Below are positions 8,971 to 17,907 of a stretch of 64,000 bases of DNA, piece after piece. The DNA comes from Salinispira sp. (lineage in GTDB: Bacteria > Spirochaetota > Spirochaetia > DSM-27196 > Salinispiraceae), in contig OZ271918.1 of NCBI GenBank assembly GCA_965602015.1, positions 352,001 to 416,000 on the forward strand, read 5' to 3'. The position numbers and the translations under genes were made by a program. Under the pieces are notes generated by a model that had not been told where the DNA came from, did no database searches, and saw nothing but the letters and a program-made list of their open reading frames with translations. Each line of letters starts with the position of its first letter. Position 1 is the stretch's first letter.

Positions 8971-10014
8971 TCTGGACAAACCCGCTAATGCAGGATCTTT
9001 GTAATGCTGTTCTTTCTGCAATATCCAAAATATTGCTTCTGCTAAGTGCCGTGCCACGGCGATTATTGCAACCTTATGATTACGTTTAGTACGAACTCTC
9101 TTGTAGAGTTTTACCGTATGTCGGTTCGCCCAATTTCTTTGATTAAGACAGGTTACATTAGCTGCTTCAGTAAGTGCCCACTTCAAGTATCGATTACATG
9201 CTTTCGATGTTCGACCATAATGGATTTTACCTCCGCTCGAGTGAACGCGCGGCGTTGTACCACAGTATGATGCAAAATGTTCAGCGGTCTTAAAGCGATG
9301 TATGTCTCCAATTTCATGCACAATGACTGCGCTGAGAATAAATCCGATCCCGGGAATGGATTTCACCAACTTCATTTCAGCATTTTCATCAAACGCTTCA
9401 TGCATTCGTTGTTCGCAGTCGGTGATAGATTGCTTAATAAACGCGAGATTATCGAGCTTGAGTTTCATCATGCTGCGGGTATGCTCGGGGAGTTTTGGCA
9501 TTACCTTCTTCATGGCTTCTGTACCTGCTTTTCCGAACAGATCGCTCACATCATTGAATCGAAACCCATATTTCTCGAACCCGGCATGAATTTGATTCTT
9601 TTCACGTATCAACTCCTGAACGAACTGCATCCGGGTTCGATAGAGTTCTCGTTTATCACGCAATTCTCCTGGTGGAATCCACACAGTAGGCAGTGTGCCT
9701 GCTTTTTGAAGTTTATTGAGACCTTCAGCATCGAGTTTGTCAGTTTTGTTAAACATGGCCATCATCAATTTTGACTTACCGGCATGAACCAGCAAGGGGT
9801 TCATGCCGGCCTCCTCAATCTCATCCACGATCCAGTACCAACTTCCGATCGTTTCAAGTGCGACTTCCTGTCCCGGCTCAAATTGTTGGAGGAAATCACG
9901 AATACACCCGTGAGAATGTTCTATGCGCTGTGAGGATTTCCTTCCATTTTCGTTCTCAATTGCAGCCACGGTATACCGTTTATGGCTGTCGAGGGATATA
10001 ATAGTATTACTCAT
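8962..10014 (-). CDS. IS110-family DEDD recombinase/transposase
   Basis: ISLDSHK, ALETIG, KTDKLDA RuvC-like DEDD; SIPGIG...FASYCGTTPRVHSSGGK C-terminal domain with the conserved Ser; GGAGG RBS. Confidence 0.96.
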   Translation of the reverse strand: MSNTIISLDSHKRYTVAAIENENGRKSSQRIEHSHGCIRDFLQQFEPGQEVALETIGSWYWIVDEIEEAGMNPLLVHAGKSKLMMAMFNKTDKLDAEGLNKLQKAGTLPTVWIPPGELRDKRELYRTRMQFVQELIREKNQIHAGFEKYGFRFNDVSDLFGKAGTEAMKKVMPKLPEHTRSMMKLKLDNLAFIKQSITDCEQRMHEAFDENAEMKLVKSIPGIGFILSAVIVHEIGDIHRFKTAEHFASYCGTTPRVHSSGGKIHYGRTSKACNRYLKWALTEAANVTCLNQRNWANRHTVKLYKRVRTKRNHKVAIIAVARHLAEAIFWILQKEQHYKDPALAGLSRQG

Positions 10015-10111
10015 TTGGTTGTCCTCCTCCGGTATTTAATATAGACCCTGACTGGCAGGATCTCGGGGGAGGCACCGCTTTCATACCATCACTTCAAAAA
10101 TAATCCCGGCG

Positions 10112-11374
10112 TCACTCAAAATCCGATATTATCACCCGCAAATCCTCATAATCGGGAACCCGGTAATCTTTAGCCTTCAGGCGGTGGTCAAAATAAGCCC
10201 TGATCTGCTGCCTTTGGTATTCCATAAAGACCTGAGGTTTCACCGACCCGATCATACCCAGCCATTGAACTACCGGGGCATACATATAGAGGGTGGTGAA
10301 CTGCTGATGGGTGATGTTTTCGATCTGATACAGCTCAACCGGTGATTCTAATGCGGAGACAAAGGGCATAAGGTAACCGTCATTGATTCCTCCCTCCCAC
10401 TGAGCGCTGCGAAGGAAAAGGGATGGCAGCTCATATTCCCCCGATTCCAAGTCTGGCCGCCCCACCGGCTCGACCCAGGCATCCAGCCCGACGAGGGCCT
10501 GGATCGACGGATAATCCGTTGATTGCTCACCGGCAGCCTCGAGTTCTCTGCGGTAGTCAATTGCCAGCCGCACCATGGCTCCCCCGCCTGTGGAATGCCC
10601 CAAGAGGCCGATTCGCGATAGATCCAGTTTTCCCGCGAGAGATATACGGTGCTGAAGTCCGCCCGGCTCAGACCCGGCTTGAATGTCCATCAGGTGATCG
10701 AGGATAAATCTGTTGTCATCGGCGAAGGTTTGAACCAGTCGGGAAGACAGGCGGGGAAAATCCGGGGAATTCTCTCGAAGGGGCAGGATATCATCCCCGG
10801 ATTGGATGATTCTGCCGTCTTCCAAAACCACCGCTGCCGCACCGTAGCTGTGGTCTGCTGCGGCAACCAGGTAGCCGTGGCTGGCCAGCTCTTCGGCCAC
10901 ATCGACGTGAAGTCCCCGGTATCCCTCCCAGCCGTGCGAAATGATGATAACCGGGAACCGTTCCCCTTCCGGGCTTATCGCCGGATGAGCTCCTTCAATG
11001 CTGTTGGCCGCCATAAATCCGGTGTGATTCCAGATAAAGCCCGGGAAGCCGTGGGTGTTTACAATTGCCCGGATCTGACGTCTGCCTTCGGGAATCCATC
11101 GCAGCATCCGACGGGTATTTCTCTGTTCATCCGTCGGATACCAAAGCTGAAGCCGAATAGTCCGGGGGCCGGGTGTATCACCGCGAATTGGGGCATAGGA
11201 CTCAGCGCGATCCGGATCGGAAATATCATAGACCACACTGCCCACGGCAAAGGGGCCCGTAGGCTCCGGGAGGTTTCTGGGGGGCATGGCAATGCCCCAC
11301 ATAAAAACCACTCCGATTGCCAGAATAATGACAATAGTAAACAGCAGGATAAAAAGAAGGCGTTTGGCGCTCAT
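10112..11374 (-). CDS. alpha/beta hydrolase, PAF-acetylhydrolase-like
   Basis: PTGPFAVG, QLWYP, IISHG, GHSTGG nucleophile elbow, LDAW; N-terminal TM. Confidence 0.82.
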   Translation of the reverse strand: MSAKRLLFILLFTIVIILAIGVVFMWGIAMPPRNLPEPTGPFAVGSVVYDISDPDRAESYAPIRGDTPGPRTIRLQLWYPTDEQRNTRRMLRWIPEGRRQIRAIVNTHGFPGFIWNHTGFMAANSIEGAHPAISPEGERFPVIIISHGWEGYRGLHVDVAEELASHGYLVAAADHSYGAAAVVLEDGRIIQSGDDILPLRENSPDFPRLSSRLVQTFADDNRFILDHLMDIQAGSEPGGLQHRISLAGKLDLSRIGLLGHSTGGGAMVRLAIDYRRELEAAGEQSTDYPSIQALVGLDAWVEPVGRPDLESGEYELPSLFLRSAQWEGGINDGYLMPFVSALESPVELYQIENITHQQFTTLYMYAPVVQWLGMIGSVKPQVFMEYQRQQIRAYFDHRLKAKDYRVPDYEDLRVIISDFE

Positions 11375-11449
11375 GCTTGTAATCTACTGTGAGGGCGGAT
11401 ATTCGACTATAATTAGCGTAAAAATCTCGGCCTGTGCTCGCACTCGCTT

Positions 11450-11998
11450 ATGGAGGTGACCGTGAAAAATCGTCTGTACTGCGTATTGGGAGACATTACC
11501 AGCCTATCGGTGGACGCCATTGTCAATGCGGCCAACCCCTCCTTACTGGGGGGCGGAGGTGTCGACGGGGCCATACATCGAGCCGCCGGCCCCAAGCTGC
11601 TCGAAGCCTGCCGTGAAGTTCGGCGCGAAAAGCATCCCGACGGTTTGCCCACCGGCCGGGCAGTGTTGACTCCGGGATTTAATCTACGTGCCCGGTATGT
11701 TATTCACTGCGTCGGCCCGGTCTACCCGGATCACAGTGCCGATGAGGCTGACTATCTTCTTACATCCGCCTACATAAACTGTCTGCACATTGCCGCCGAA
11801 AAGGGTGACATTCATTCCATTGCCTTTCCGGCAATCTCAACCGGGGTATATGGTTTTCCTCCCAAGCAGGCTGCCGAGCTGATTACCCGGGAGCTGAACC
11901 GCTGGGTAACAGAGAATGACCATCCGCAGTTCATAACACTCTGTCTTTTTTCCCCGGGAGATTACCGCGTCTGGGAAACCGCGTTATCTTCGCTTTGA
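11450..11998 (+). CDS. macro domain O-acetyl-ADP-ribose deacetylase (YmdB-like)
   Basis: GDIT, DAIVNAAN, GGGGVDGAIHRAAG, IAFPAISTGVYG. Confidence 0.93.
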   Translation: MEVTVKNRLYCVLGDITSLSVDAIVNAANPSLLGGGGVDGAIHRAAGPKLLEACREVRREKHPDGLPTGRAVLTPGFNLRARYVIHCVGPVYPDHSADEADYLLTSAYINCLHIAAEKGDIHSIAFPAISTGVYGFPPKQAAELITRELNRWVTENDHPQFITLCLFSPGDYRVWETALSSL

Positions 11999-13200
11999 GG
12001 AAGAACTTCGACGCCGTCTTTCCGGGTCTCCTTGAGACCGAAAAGCAGCACTAGACCTGCTGCAAGCCCGATTCCCGCGGCTGCCAGAGGAGCGGCCCAC
12101 AGGCTCAGACTGGCTGCGATATACCCGGCAAGTATCGGACCGCTTAACATGCTGCTGTCGGTGACGAAACGCCATATTCCCAGAAATTCCGATGCTGCAT
12201 GCCGTGGAGCGAGGTCCGAGCTTATCGTCATATTTATGCCGCTGCCCAAACCGTTGGCAAGGGATATAAGCAGGTATACTGCGGTTAGGGCTGCAAGACC
12301 TGTCGCTAAGGGGATCAAGGCCATGGCTGCTGCGAAGCCGAGGGTGCAGGGAACCGCAGCCCATTTCCGGCCCGCCCGGTCCATAACCAATCCCGCGGGA
12401 ACAACCAGGGCGGTTTCCACCAGGCCGCCGGCGCTGGTTATTCCGCCAAGCGCCAGGGCCGAGACGCCGATGCTGTCGGCCCACAGAGGGATGATGAGGT
12501 TCCGGCTCATCCTTAGCAGCATCAATCCGGTGATGCCGATCATGGCCGCGGCAATATTCCCGCCGTTTTCCCGGAACGTTTTCCCCAGCACCGCGAGCGG
12601 TGGGTGATGCACACTTCCCGGAGTCTCCCCTCGCTTTAACATCAGCCCCAGGGCGACTGCTCCCAGGCCGAAGAAAATCGCCTGAAGCACATAAAGCTGA
12701 CGGAAGCCCATAAACTGCACGACGGCTCCACCCAGGGCTGGAGTTAGTACCCGGGCGATACGCATAATCCCGCCCATAAACGCCATGGTGCGCCCTCGAA
12801 GTTCCTGGGGAACGTGTCGGCGGATGTAAGCAGTGCGGCCTATCCCGAAGGCCGATGCGAACATTCCGAACACCGCCGAAATGATAAAAAGCTGCCAAGG
12901 CTCGGTTGCAGCGGCCCGGGCCAGACCGCAGAGCACCATGCCGGTCAGCGAGGTGAGCAGGAATGTCTTTTCCCTGATTCTTCCGGCGATCCAGCCGCCG
13001 GGAAGGTCGAAAATAAGGTGTCCGATTCCGCTACCCGCGGCGATCAACCCAATCATCGCCACATCCGCGCCGAGCTTTTGCGACCACAGGGGGTTGAAAG
13101 CCATGGTCATCGATGCGCCAAGCTGCACAAGCAGGTTGGGTACATATATTGAGAGGCTTGTACGAATGATGGCGCGATTATTCACGTCTCCATTATACAT
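11962..13200 (-). CDS. MFS transporter
   Basis: About 12 hydrophobic segments; motif A-like GWIAGRIRE and GLVMDRAGRK. Confidence 0.88.
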   Translation of the reverse strand: MYNGDVNNRAIIRTSLSIYVPNLLVQLGASMTMAFNPLWSQKLGADVAMIGLIAAGSGIGHLIFDLPGGWIAGRIREKTFLLTSLTGMVLCGLARAAATEPWQLFIISAVFGMFASAFGIGRTAYIRRHVPQELRGRTMAFMGGIMRIARVLTPALGGAVVQFMGFRQLYVLQAIFFGLGAVALGLMLKRGETPGSVHHPPLAVLGKTFRENGGNIAAAMIGITGLMLLRMSRNLIIPLWADSIGVSALALGGITSAGGLVETALVVPAGLVMDRAGRKWAAVPCTLGFAAAMALIPLATGLAALTAVYLLISLANGLGSGINMTISSDLAPRHAASEFLGIWRFVTDSSMLSGPILAGYIAASLSLWAAPLAAAGIGLAAGLVLLFGLKETRKDGVEVLPQSEDNAVSQTR

Positions 13201-13211
13201 TATTCGACTCG

Positions 13212-13235
13212 AGTGCCCCGAAAACAGCTGATTTT
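13212..13235 (+). repeat. solo copy of the REP/IR-like repeat
   Basis: AGTGCCCCGAAAACAGCTGATTTT, intergenic. Confidence 0.9.
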
Positions 13236-13309
13236 CCGGCGGTACACTGCTTTTAAGGACCCATCAAAATATCCCCTGGCAGCCCACAGGGTAAAAGGCT
13301 TTGGAGCTG

Positions 13310-13867
13310 TCACAAATCGTATCGATAGACAGGAGTACTTAAAGCTCCCTCGCTGATTCTTTTCTCCGTAGCAGTCCATCCGGGCATGGCAAATGCTACC
13401 GAGATTAACCGGGCATTATCCGGCTGGTCTTCTTCAAATCGGTGCCTCAGCCGGCGCATTGCGGGGCCTGATAGATAGGCGATATAGACTCTTTGCCCCT
13501 GCAGCCCTGATTCGAGAAAATTGCCTCTGACAAATACGACGTTTGGCCGGCAGGCGGAAGGGCGCAGTAGCCGCTCGACAATTTGTCCAGCGCGGCATGT
13601 AAGGTAGGGTAGTGCCCCGCCTTCGATGCCGAAGAAGTTACGGTCGGGAAAGCGGCTGGCGAGGTACCTCAGCATCCCGCCCCAGCCGGATCCCAAGTCA
13701 ATGACAACATAATCTGGGGGCAGACCTGCAATGATGTCCCCTACGGTCTTTCTTTCGTTGTGTGTAGTCGGGGATGGGGCAACGCCGAAGCGCATGGCCG
13801 ACCACAGCAGACTAAGGAGGATTTTGAGACCGATTGCGACAACTATCAGTATCAACAGGCTTGGCAT
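13310..13867 (-). CDS. class I SAM-dependent methyltransferase with N-terminal TM
   Basis: VIDLGSGWGG motif I; GVAPSPT; RGNFL; ISVAFAMPGW. Confidence 0.82.
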   Translation of the reverse strand: MPSLLILIVVAIGLKILLSLLWSAMRFGVAPSPTTHNERKTVGDIIAGLPPDYVVIDLGSGWGGMLRYLASRFPDRNFFGIEGGALPYLTCRAGQIVERLLRPSACRPNVVFVRGNFLESGLQGQRVYIAYLSGPAMRRLRHRFEEDQPDNARLISVAFAMPGWTATEKRISEGALSTPVYRYDL

Positions 13868-13892
13868 GGTCTTAGTTCATAAATTCGCCGTT

Positions 13893-14204
13893 TCATGCTG
13901 ATATTTCGCCGTTTCCGACTTCCGGCCTCGGACGGGAAAAGCGCTCTATCAGCTGGTCAATACTCATTCGCCTGCCGCCCTGGCTTCCGGGTTCGACGAC
14001 AAGGAGGCGATCGGACTCATACTCTTTTCCTCCAATGAGAATCAGGATTTCATCACCGGCTTCGCCGGTCCTGCTGCGGCTTCCGCCGGTAAAACGCCAC
14101 GGGTCGAGGCTGCAGGGTATGCCCTCCTGTCGGAATTCATCGAAGGCAATATCTGCGTATCCCTGGTAGCGATGGTGCATTGGACATATCCGTAACTGGT
14201 GCAT
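13893..14204 (-). CDS. stand-alone HGTP (His/Gly/Thr/Pro-tRNA synthetase) anticodon-binding-domain-like protein
   Basis: AGGAGG RBS; QLRICP..YA....FRQEGIPCSLD...ILILIGGKEYESDRLLV...MSIDQLIE resembles the ThrRS C-terminal domain by eye. Confidence 0.55.
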   Translation of the reverse strand: MHQLRICPMHHRYQGYADIAFDEFRQEGIPCSLDPWRFTGGSRSRTGEAGDEILILIGGKEYESDRLLVVEPGSQGGRRMSIDQLIERFSRPRPEVGNGEISA

Positions 14205-14253
14205 CTGTTCCTCCTGGGAATCCCCGCGGGGGCATTGATGCGTATCGCTACAC

Positions 14254-14279
14254 AAAAAAAGCCCCGCATTTTGCGGGGC
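14254..14279 (-). terminator. Rho-independent terminator/attenuator in the leader of 13893-14204
   Basis: Minus strand GCCCCGCA-aaa-TGCGGGGC-TTTTTTT. Confidence 0.85.
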
Positions 14280-14299
14280 CTTGACGGTCTGGTTTATAA

Positions 14300-14380
14300 T
14301 CAGTCCGATCTACCCGTCCCCGCAATTCCGGTATTGCTGAGATTCATCCAATTATTGGTTCGGGTAGTTTTCGCGCTCAT
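14300..14380 (-). CDS. putative leader peptide MSAKTTRTNNWMNLSNTGIAGTGRSD (26 aa)
   Basis: ATG lies 9 nt past a -10 box and the ORF ends 20 nt before a terminator; overlaps alternative hairpins; not in the ORF track. Confidence 0.55.
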   Translation of the reverse strand: MSAKTTRTNNWMNLSNTGIAGTGRSD

Positions 14381-14389
14381 TAGAAGTGA

Positions 14390-14418
14390 ATGCTATTGAA
14401 GCCGGAGATTCTTGTCAA
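14390..14418 (-). promoter_or_regulatory. sigma70-type promoter
   Basis: TTGACA (14418-14413) - 17 nt - TAGCAT (14395-14390). Confidence 0.75.
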
Positions 14419-14490
14419 GCGGGCAGGGCAGTGCTGATTATTTGCGCTTTTCCTCTGTGAGATGTATGTTTTTTACAGGGAGGACAATCC

Positions 14491-14889
14491 ATGAACCGCG
14501 AATCATCCGGACGACCGACGGGGCAAACCGCCGACGGCAGCTTTCAGCTCGGTATACGACGTACCCTTCCTTTTGACATGGCCGAGCTCTGGCGGCGGGC
14601 TGGCCCCGACTCTGCGATGTGGAAAGCTCCCGAGGGCGGGTCTGCTCTGGTGACTACCCTTTCCGAGGGCAACCATTTCAGAATGAAATGGATGGATCCC
14701 CGTTGGATTTCCCATTCCATCCTTCAGGTGCGGGTCCTCCCGTCGCGGCGCCCTTCCTCGTCAGTGCTTGCCATCCATCAGGAAAAACTGCCGGATCAGG
14801 CCAGCAGAGCAACACTTTTGGCTCATTGGAAATCGCTGGTCGATGAATTTGTGGATGGAAGTAAACCGGGCGGCGTGAGAGGCGATTGA
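14491..14889 (+). CDS. SRPBCC/AHSA1-like hypothetical protein
   Basis: GGAGG RBS; GQTADGSFQLGIRRT...LAIHQEKLPD...HW pattern. Confidence 0.6.
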   Translation: MNRESSGRPTGQTADGSFQLGIRRTLPFDMAELWRRAGPDSAMWKAPEGGSALVTTLSEGNHFRMKWMDPRWISHSILQVRVLPSRRPSSSVLAIHQEKLPDQASRATLLAHWKSLVDEFVDGSKPGGVRGD

Positions 14890-14971
14890 CAAAAACTATA
14901 GCAAAATCTTGAAACCACCTATGAGGCAAAGTTCCGATTCCTTAACTATAATTAGAGTGGAGGAATGTACT

Positions 14972-17467
14972 ATGGCTAAAGCCATAAAAGACCGTTTAAC
15001 CATAGGGGTAAAAACAACAATTATCATCGTTCTTCTATTAAGTTTTTCGATCCTCACCCTTTCAGTAATTACGCTCAGCAATGCGAATCGGACACAAATG
15101 AGCATGAGTTTCGATCAGCTCGATGCAGTTAGGGCCATAAAAACCCGTCAGATTCAAGAATTGTTCCGCAATGCCATGGAAGATCTTGCCACTGTGGCTG
15201 TGGTTACAAGTCTTGAGCAGCAAAAATCATTTGAAACCCTGAAAGCCATCCACAATGCTAAAAAGCAATTGCTGGAAGTACACCTGAGGGAAAATCCCTT
15301 CAACGCTGAGGATTTTCAAACCGAAGGCCGATTGTCCGAGCGAGTCGCAGAAATTTTTGGTGACAGAACCGGCTTGGGAGTGAGTGGAGAAAGCTACATT
15401 GTCGAGTTCATAGGCGACCGGATTTACTTCCGAAGCAACCTGGTTACCCTAGGTAACGGCAGCTTTGTTTCGGGATATGATTTGACGGACATTGCTCCCT
15501 CCTATATTCGTGAAATTCAACGCGGCGAGAGCGGTGCCGATGTTTTTACCGACACTTCAGGTGCCCTGGTTATGGTTCAATACTCGCCAGTTGAGGCTTC
15601 GGGAATAAATCTCGGGATTGTGACGAAATATAATCTGGAAGAGGCGCTGTCAGCGGAAATAGAGGGGCTCTCAGATGATTACTACACCAACTTTATTGAC
15701 AGCAAGGGATATTATGATCTCTTTCTTATTCATCCGTCGGGTTCCATTTTCTACTCGGTGGGACAGGAAGCTGACTACGGAACAAATATTTTAACCGGAG
15801 AATACCGGGATTCTAGTCTGAACCGCGCAGTGTCGGAAGCTATTAGTACACAAGATATTGCCTTCGGGGACTTTCGTCCCTATGAGCCATCGGGAAATCA
15901 ACCAGCGGCGTTTGTTGCGATTCCGCTAATGCATCATGGATCAATTGAACTGATAGTTGCCCTGCAACTGTCTATTACCAGAATCAATCAGATTATGCAG
16001 GAACGTACCGGAATGGGCGAGAGCGGAGAAACCTACCTCGTAGGGTCTGACCGTCTTATGAGATCGGACTCCTTTCTTGATCCGGTAAATCATAGCGTTG
16101 TGGCATCATTTGCAAATCCGACATTGGGATCTGTGCGGACAGAGGCAAGTCTGAGGGCTTTGAATCAGGAAACCGCTCGGGACATTATTATTGATTACAA
16201 CGGAAATCCCGTACTCTCGTCATTCGAGCCCGTCCATATATTCGACACCACCTGGGCAATTTTGGCCGAAATCGATGAACGAGAAATCCGGGCACCGATT
16301 CTCCGGGCAGCGAGATTTATCATTATATCCGCCTTGATGGTTTTAGTGCTCAGCGTAGTACTGTCTGTTCTGTATTCCCGTTCTTTGTCCGCACCGATAA
16401 AGCAGCTAATGAAGGGAGCGATGGATCTTTCGAAGGGCGATATCGCTCTGAGCAATGTGGACATGAAAAAATTCGCAGGAATGAGAAAACGAAGGGATGA
16501 AATTGGTTCAATCTCTAATGCGTTTTCGGAGCTCATTGAATATCAGCGAAATAAATCGGATGTCGCGAAGGCAATTGCCTCCAAAAATCTTGTTGTTGAT
16601 GTTTCATTAAGTTCGGAGAAAGACGAGCTCGGCAGATCCTTCAGGGATATGCTGGAAGCATTAAAAAATCTCATCGGTATTGCTTCCAGTGCCTCGTCAA
16701 ATGTGTCATCCGGGTCCGATCAGGTCAGTCTGGCTAGTCAGGAATTAAGCTCAGGCGCAACCGAGCAGGCGAGCAGTATAGAAGAGATTTCCAGCGCCAT
16801 GTCGGAAGTCAGCAGCCAGGCCAGTGTGAATGCAAAAAACGCCACTGAAGCCATGAAAGTGGCCAGCGACGCCAAGGAACGGGCTAACGAGGGTTTGAGC
16901 GAGATGAAAGAGCTTCTTTCAATCATGTCTGAAATAAATGAATCGGCTGCGGAAATTAGTTCGGTGGTGAAAATAATCGATGACATCGCTTTTCAGATTA
17001 ATCTATTGGCACTCAATGCAAATGTCGAGGCAGCCAGGGCGGGAAAATACGGAAAAGGATTCGCCGTTGTGGCCGATGAAGTCAGAAATCTCGCAAATCG
17101 AAGCGCCGAAGCGGTAAAAAGCACTGCGCAGATGGTTTCGCAAACGGTTTCCGCGATTCAGCGCGGAAATACGGCTACCCAAAACACCGATCGTCAGCTC
17201 GATGGAATTGTGGAGGCCATAGCAAAAGTTGCAATTCAGCTTCAGGAAATTATGGATTCAAGTCAGGAGCAGGCGCAGGTCATCAACCAGGCGGCCAAAG
17301 GTCTGGATCAGATTAGCGAAACTACCCAATCCACTACCGCCAGTGCTGAAGAATCAGCCGCGGCTTCCGAGCAGCTTGCCAGCCAGGCTATGGAACTCCG
17401 TTCCATAATATCCGAGTTCACCGTTGAAGAAAGTGAGATGCGTCTGATAGAGGACCGCCGCAGTTAA
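14972..17467 (+). CDS. methyl-accepting chemotaxis protein with Cache-like periplasmic domains and HAMP
   Basis: Two TMs; IAFQINLLALNANVEAARAGKYGKGFAVVADEVRNLA signalling hairpin. Confidence 0.95.
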   Translation: MAKAIKDRLTIGVKTTIIIVLLLSFSILTLSVITLSNANRTQMSMSFDQLDAVRAIKTRQIQELFRNAMEDLATVAVVTSLEQQKSFETLKAIHNAKKQLLEVHLRENPFNAEDFQTEGRLSERVAEIFGDRTGLGVSGESYIVEFIGDRIYFRSNLVTLGNGSFVSGYDLTDIAPSYIREIQRGESGADVFTDTSGALVMVQYSPVEASGINLGIVTKYNLEEALSAEIEGLSDDYYTNFIDSKGYYDLFLIHPSGSIFYSVGQEADYGTNILTGEYRDSSLNRAVSEAISTQDIAFGDFRPYEPSGNQPAAFVAIPLMHHGSIELIVALQLSITRINQIMQERTGMGESGETYLVGSDRLMRSDSFLDPVNHSVVASFANPTLGSVRTEASLRALNQETARDIIIDYNGNPVLSSFEPVHIFDTTWAILAEIDEREIRAPILRAARFIIISALMVLVLSVVLSVLYSRSLSAPIKQLMKGAMDLSKGDIALSNVDMKKFAGMRKRRDEIGSISNAFSELIEYQRNKSDVAKAIASKNLVVDVSLSSEKDELGRSFRDMLEALKNLIGIASSASSNVSSGSDQVSLASQELSSGATEQASSIEEISSAMSEVSSQASVNAKNATEAMKVASDAKERANEGLSEMKELLSIMSEINESAAEISSVVKIIDDIAFQINLLALNANVEAARAGKYGKGFAVVADEVRNLANRSAEAVKSTAQMVSQTVSAIQRGNTATQNTDRQLDGIVEAIAKVAIQLQEIMDSSQEQAQVINQAAKGLDQISETTQSTTASAEESAAASEQLASQAMELRSIISEFTVEESEMRLIEDRRS

Positions 17468-17533
17468 GCAAAAAAATGAGACCCAATCTGCCGCCAGCCC
17501 GGCTGAGTCCATACCTGAGGTAATTCTCGCGGG

Positions 17534-17809
17534 TTATTTCCGCCCCGTCAGCTTGATAAGATGGTAGCCGAACTGGGTCTTGACTACGCCGCTCAGCCTG
17601 CCGGGACTGAGTTTTGAGCATGCTTTTTCGAATTCCGGGACCATTTTGCCCGGGCCGAACCAGCCCAAATCACCGCCCTTGCTTTTTGAGGGGCAGGTTG
17701 AAAAATCTTTCGCCAGGGCTTCAAAACGGGCGCCGCCCTTCAACTGCTTGAGAATCCGCTCGGCCAGGCTCTTGTCTTTTACCAGAATGTGACTTGCTCG
17801 ATATTCCAT
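17534..17809 (-). CDS. ppiC: parvulin-type peptidyl-prolyl isomerase
   Basis: ASHILV, FSTCPSKSKGGDLGWF, MVPEFE, VKTQFGYHLI. Confidence 0.93.
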   Translation of the reverse strand: MEYRASHILVKDKSLAERILKQLKGGARFEALAKDFSTCPSKSKGGDLGWFGPGKMVPEFEKACSKLSPGRLSGVVKTQFGYHLIKLTGRK

Positions 17810-17907
17810 GCTGAAGAATATACCTTCTGGTCTGTCAGGGTTCAAGATTGATTGCAACGGCCTGCCCTTCCGGCGATGGAGAAAACTGTTCTGCGTTTTT
17901 TAGATAA

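Larger units (their letters stand above)
8787..10091 (-). mobile_element. IS110-family element, IS1111 subgroup (about 1.3 kb)
   Basis: 18-bp perfect sub-terminal IRs TGAAAGCGGTGCCTCCCC 8791-8808 and 10066-10083; CA core at 8785-8786 and 10090-10091; long non-coding region 3' of the recombinase gene. Confidence 0.92.
7535..10096 (-). mobile_element. IS1-like element bounded by 24-bp inverted repeats; right repeat interrupted by a nested IS1111-type element
   Basis: Left IR TGAAGTGCCCCCAAAACAGCTGAT 7535-7558; right IR ATCAGCTGTTTTGGGGGCA 8768-8786 plus CTTCA 10092-10096; possible 7-bp direct repeat AAATAAT at 7527-7533 and 10098-10104. Confidence 0.75.
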
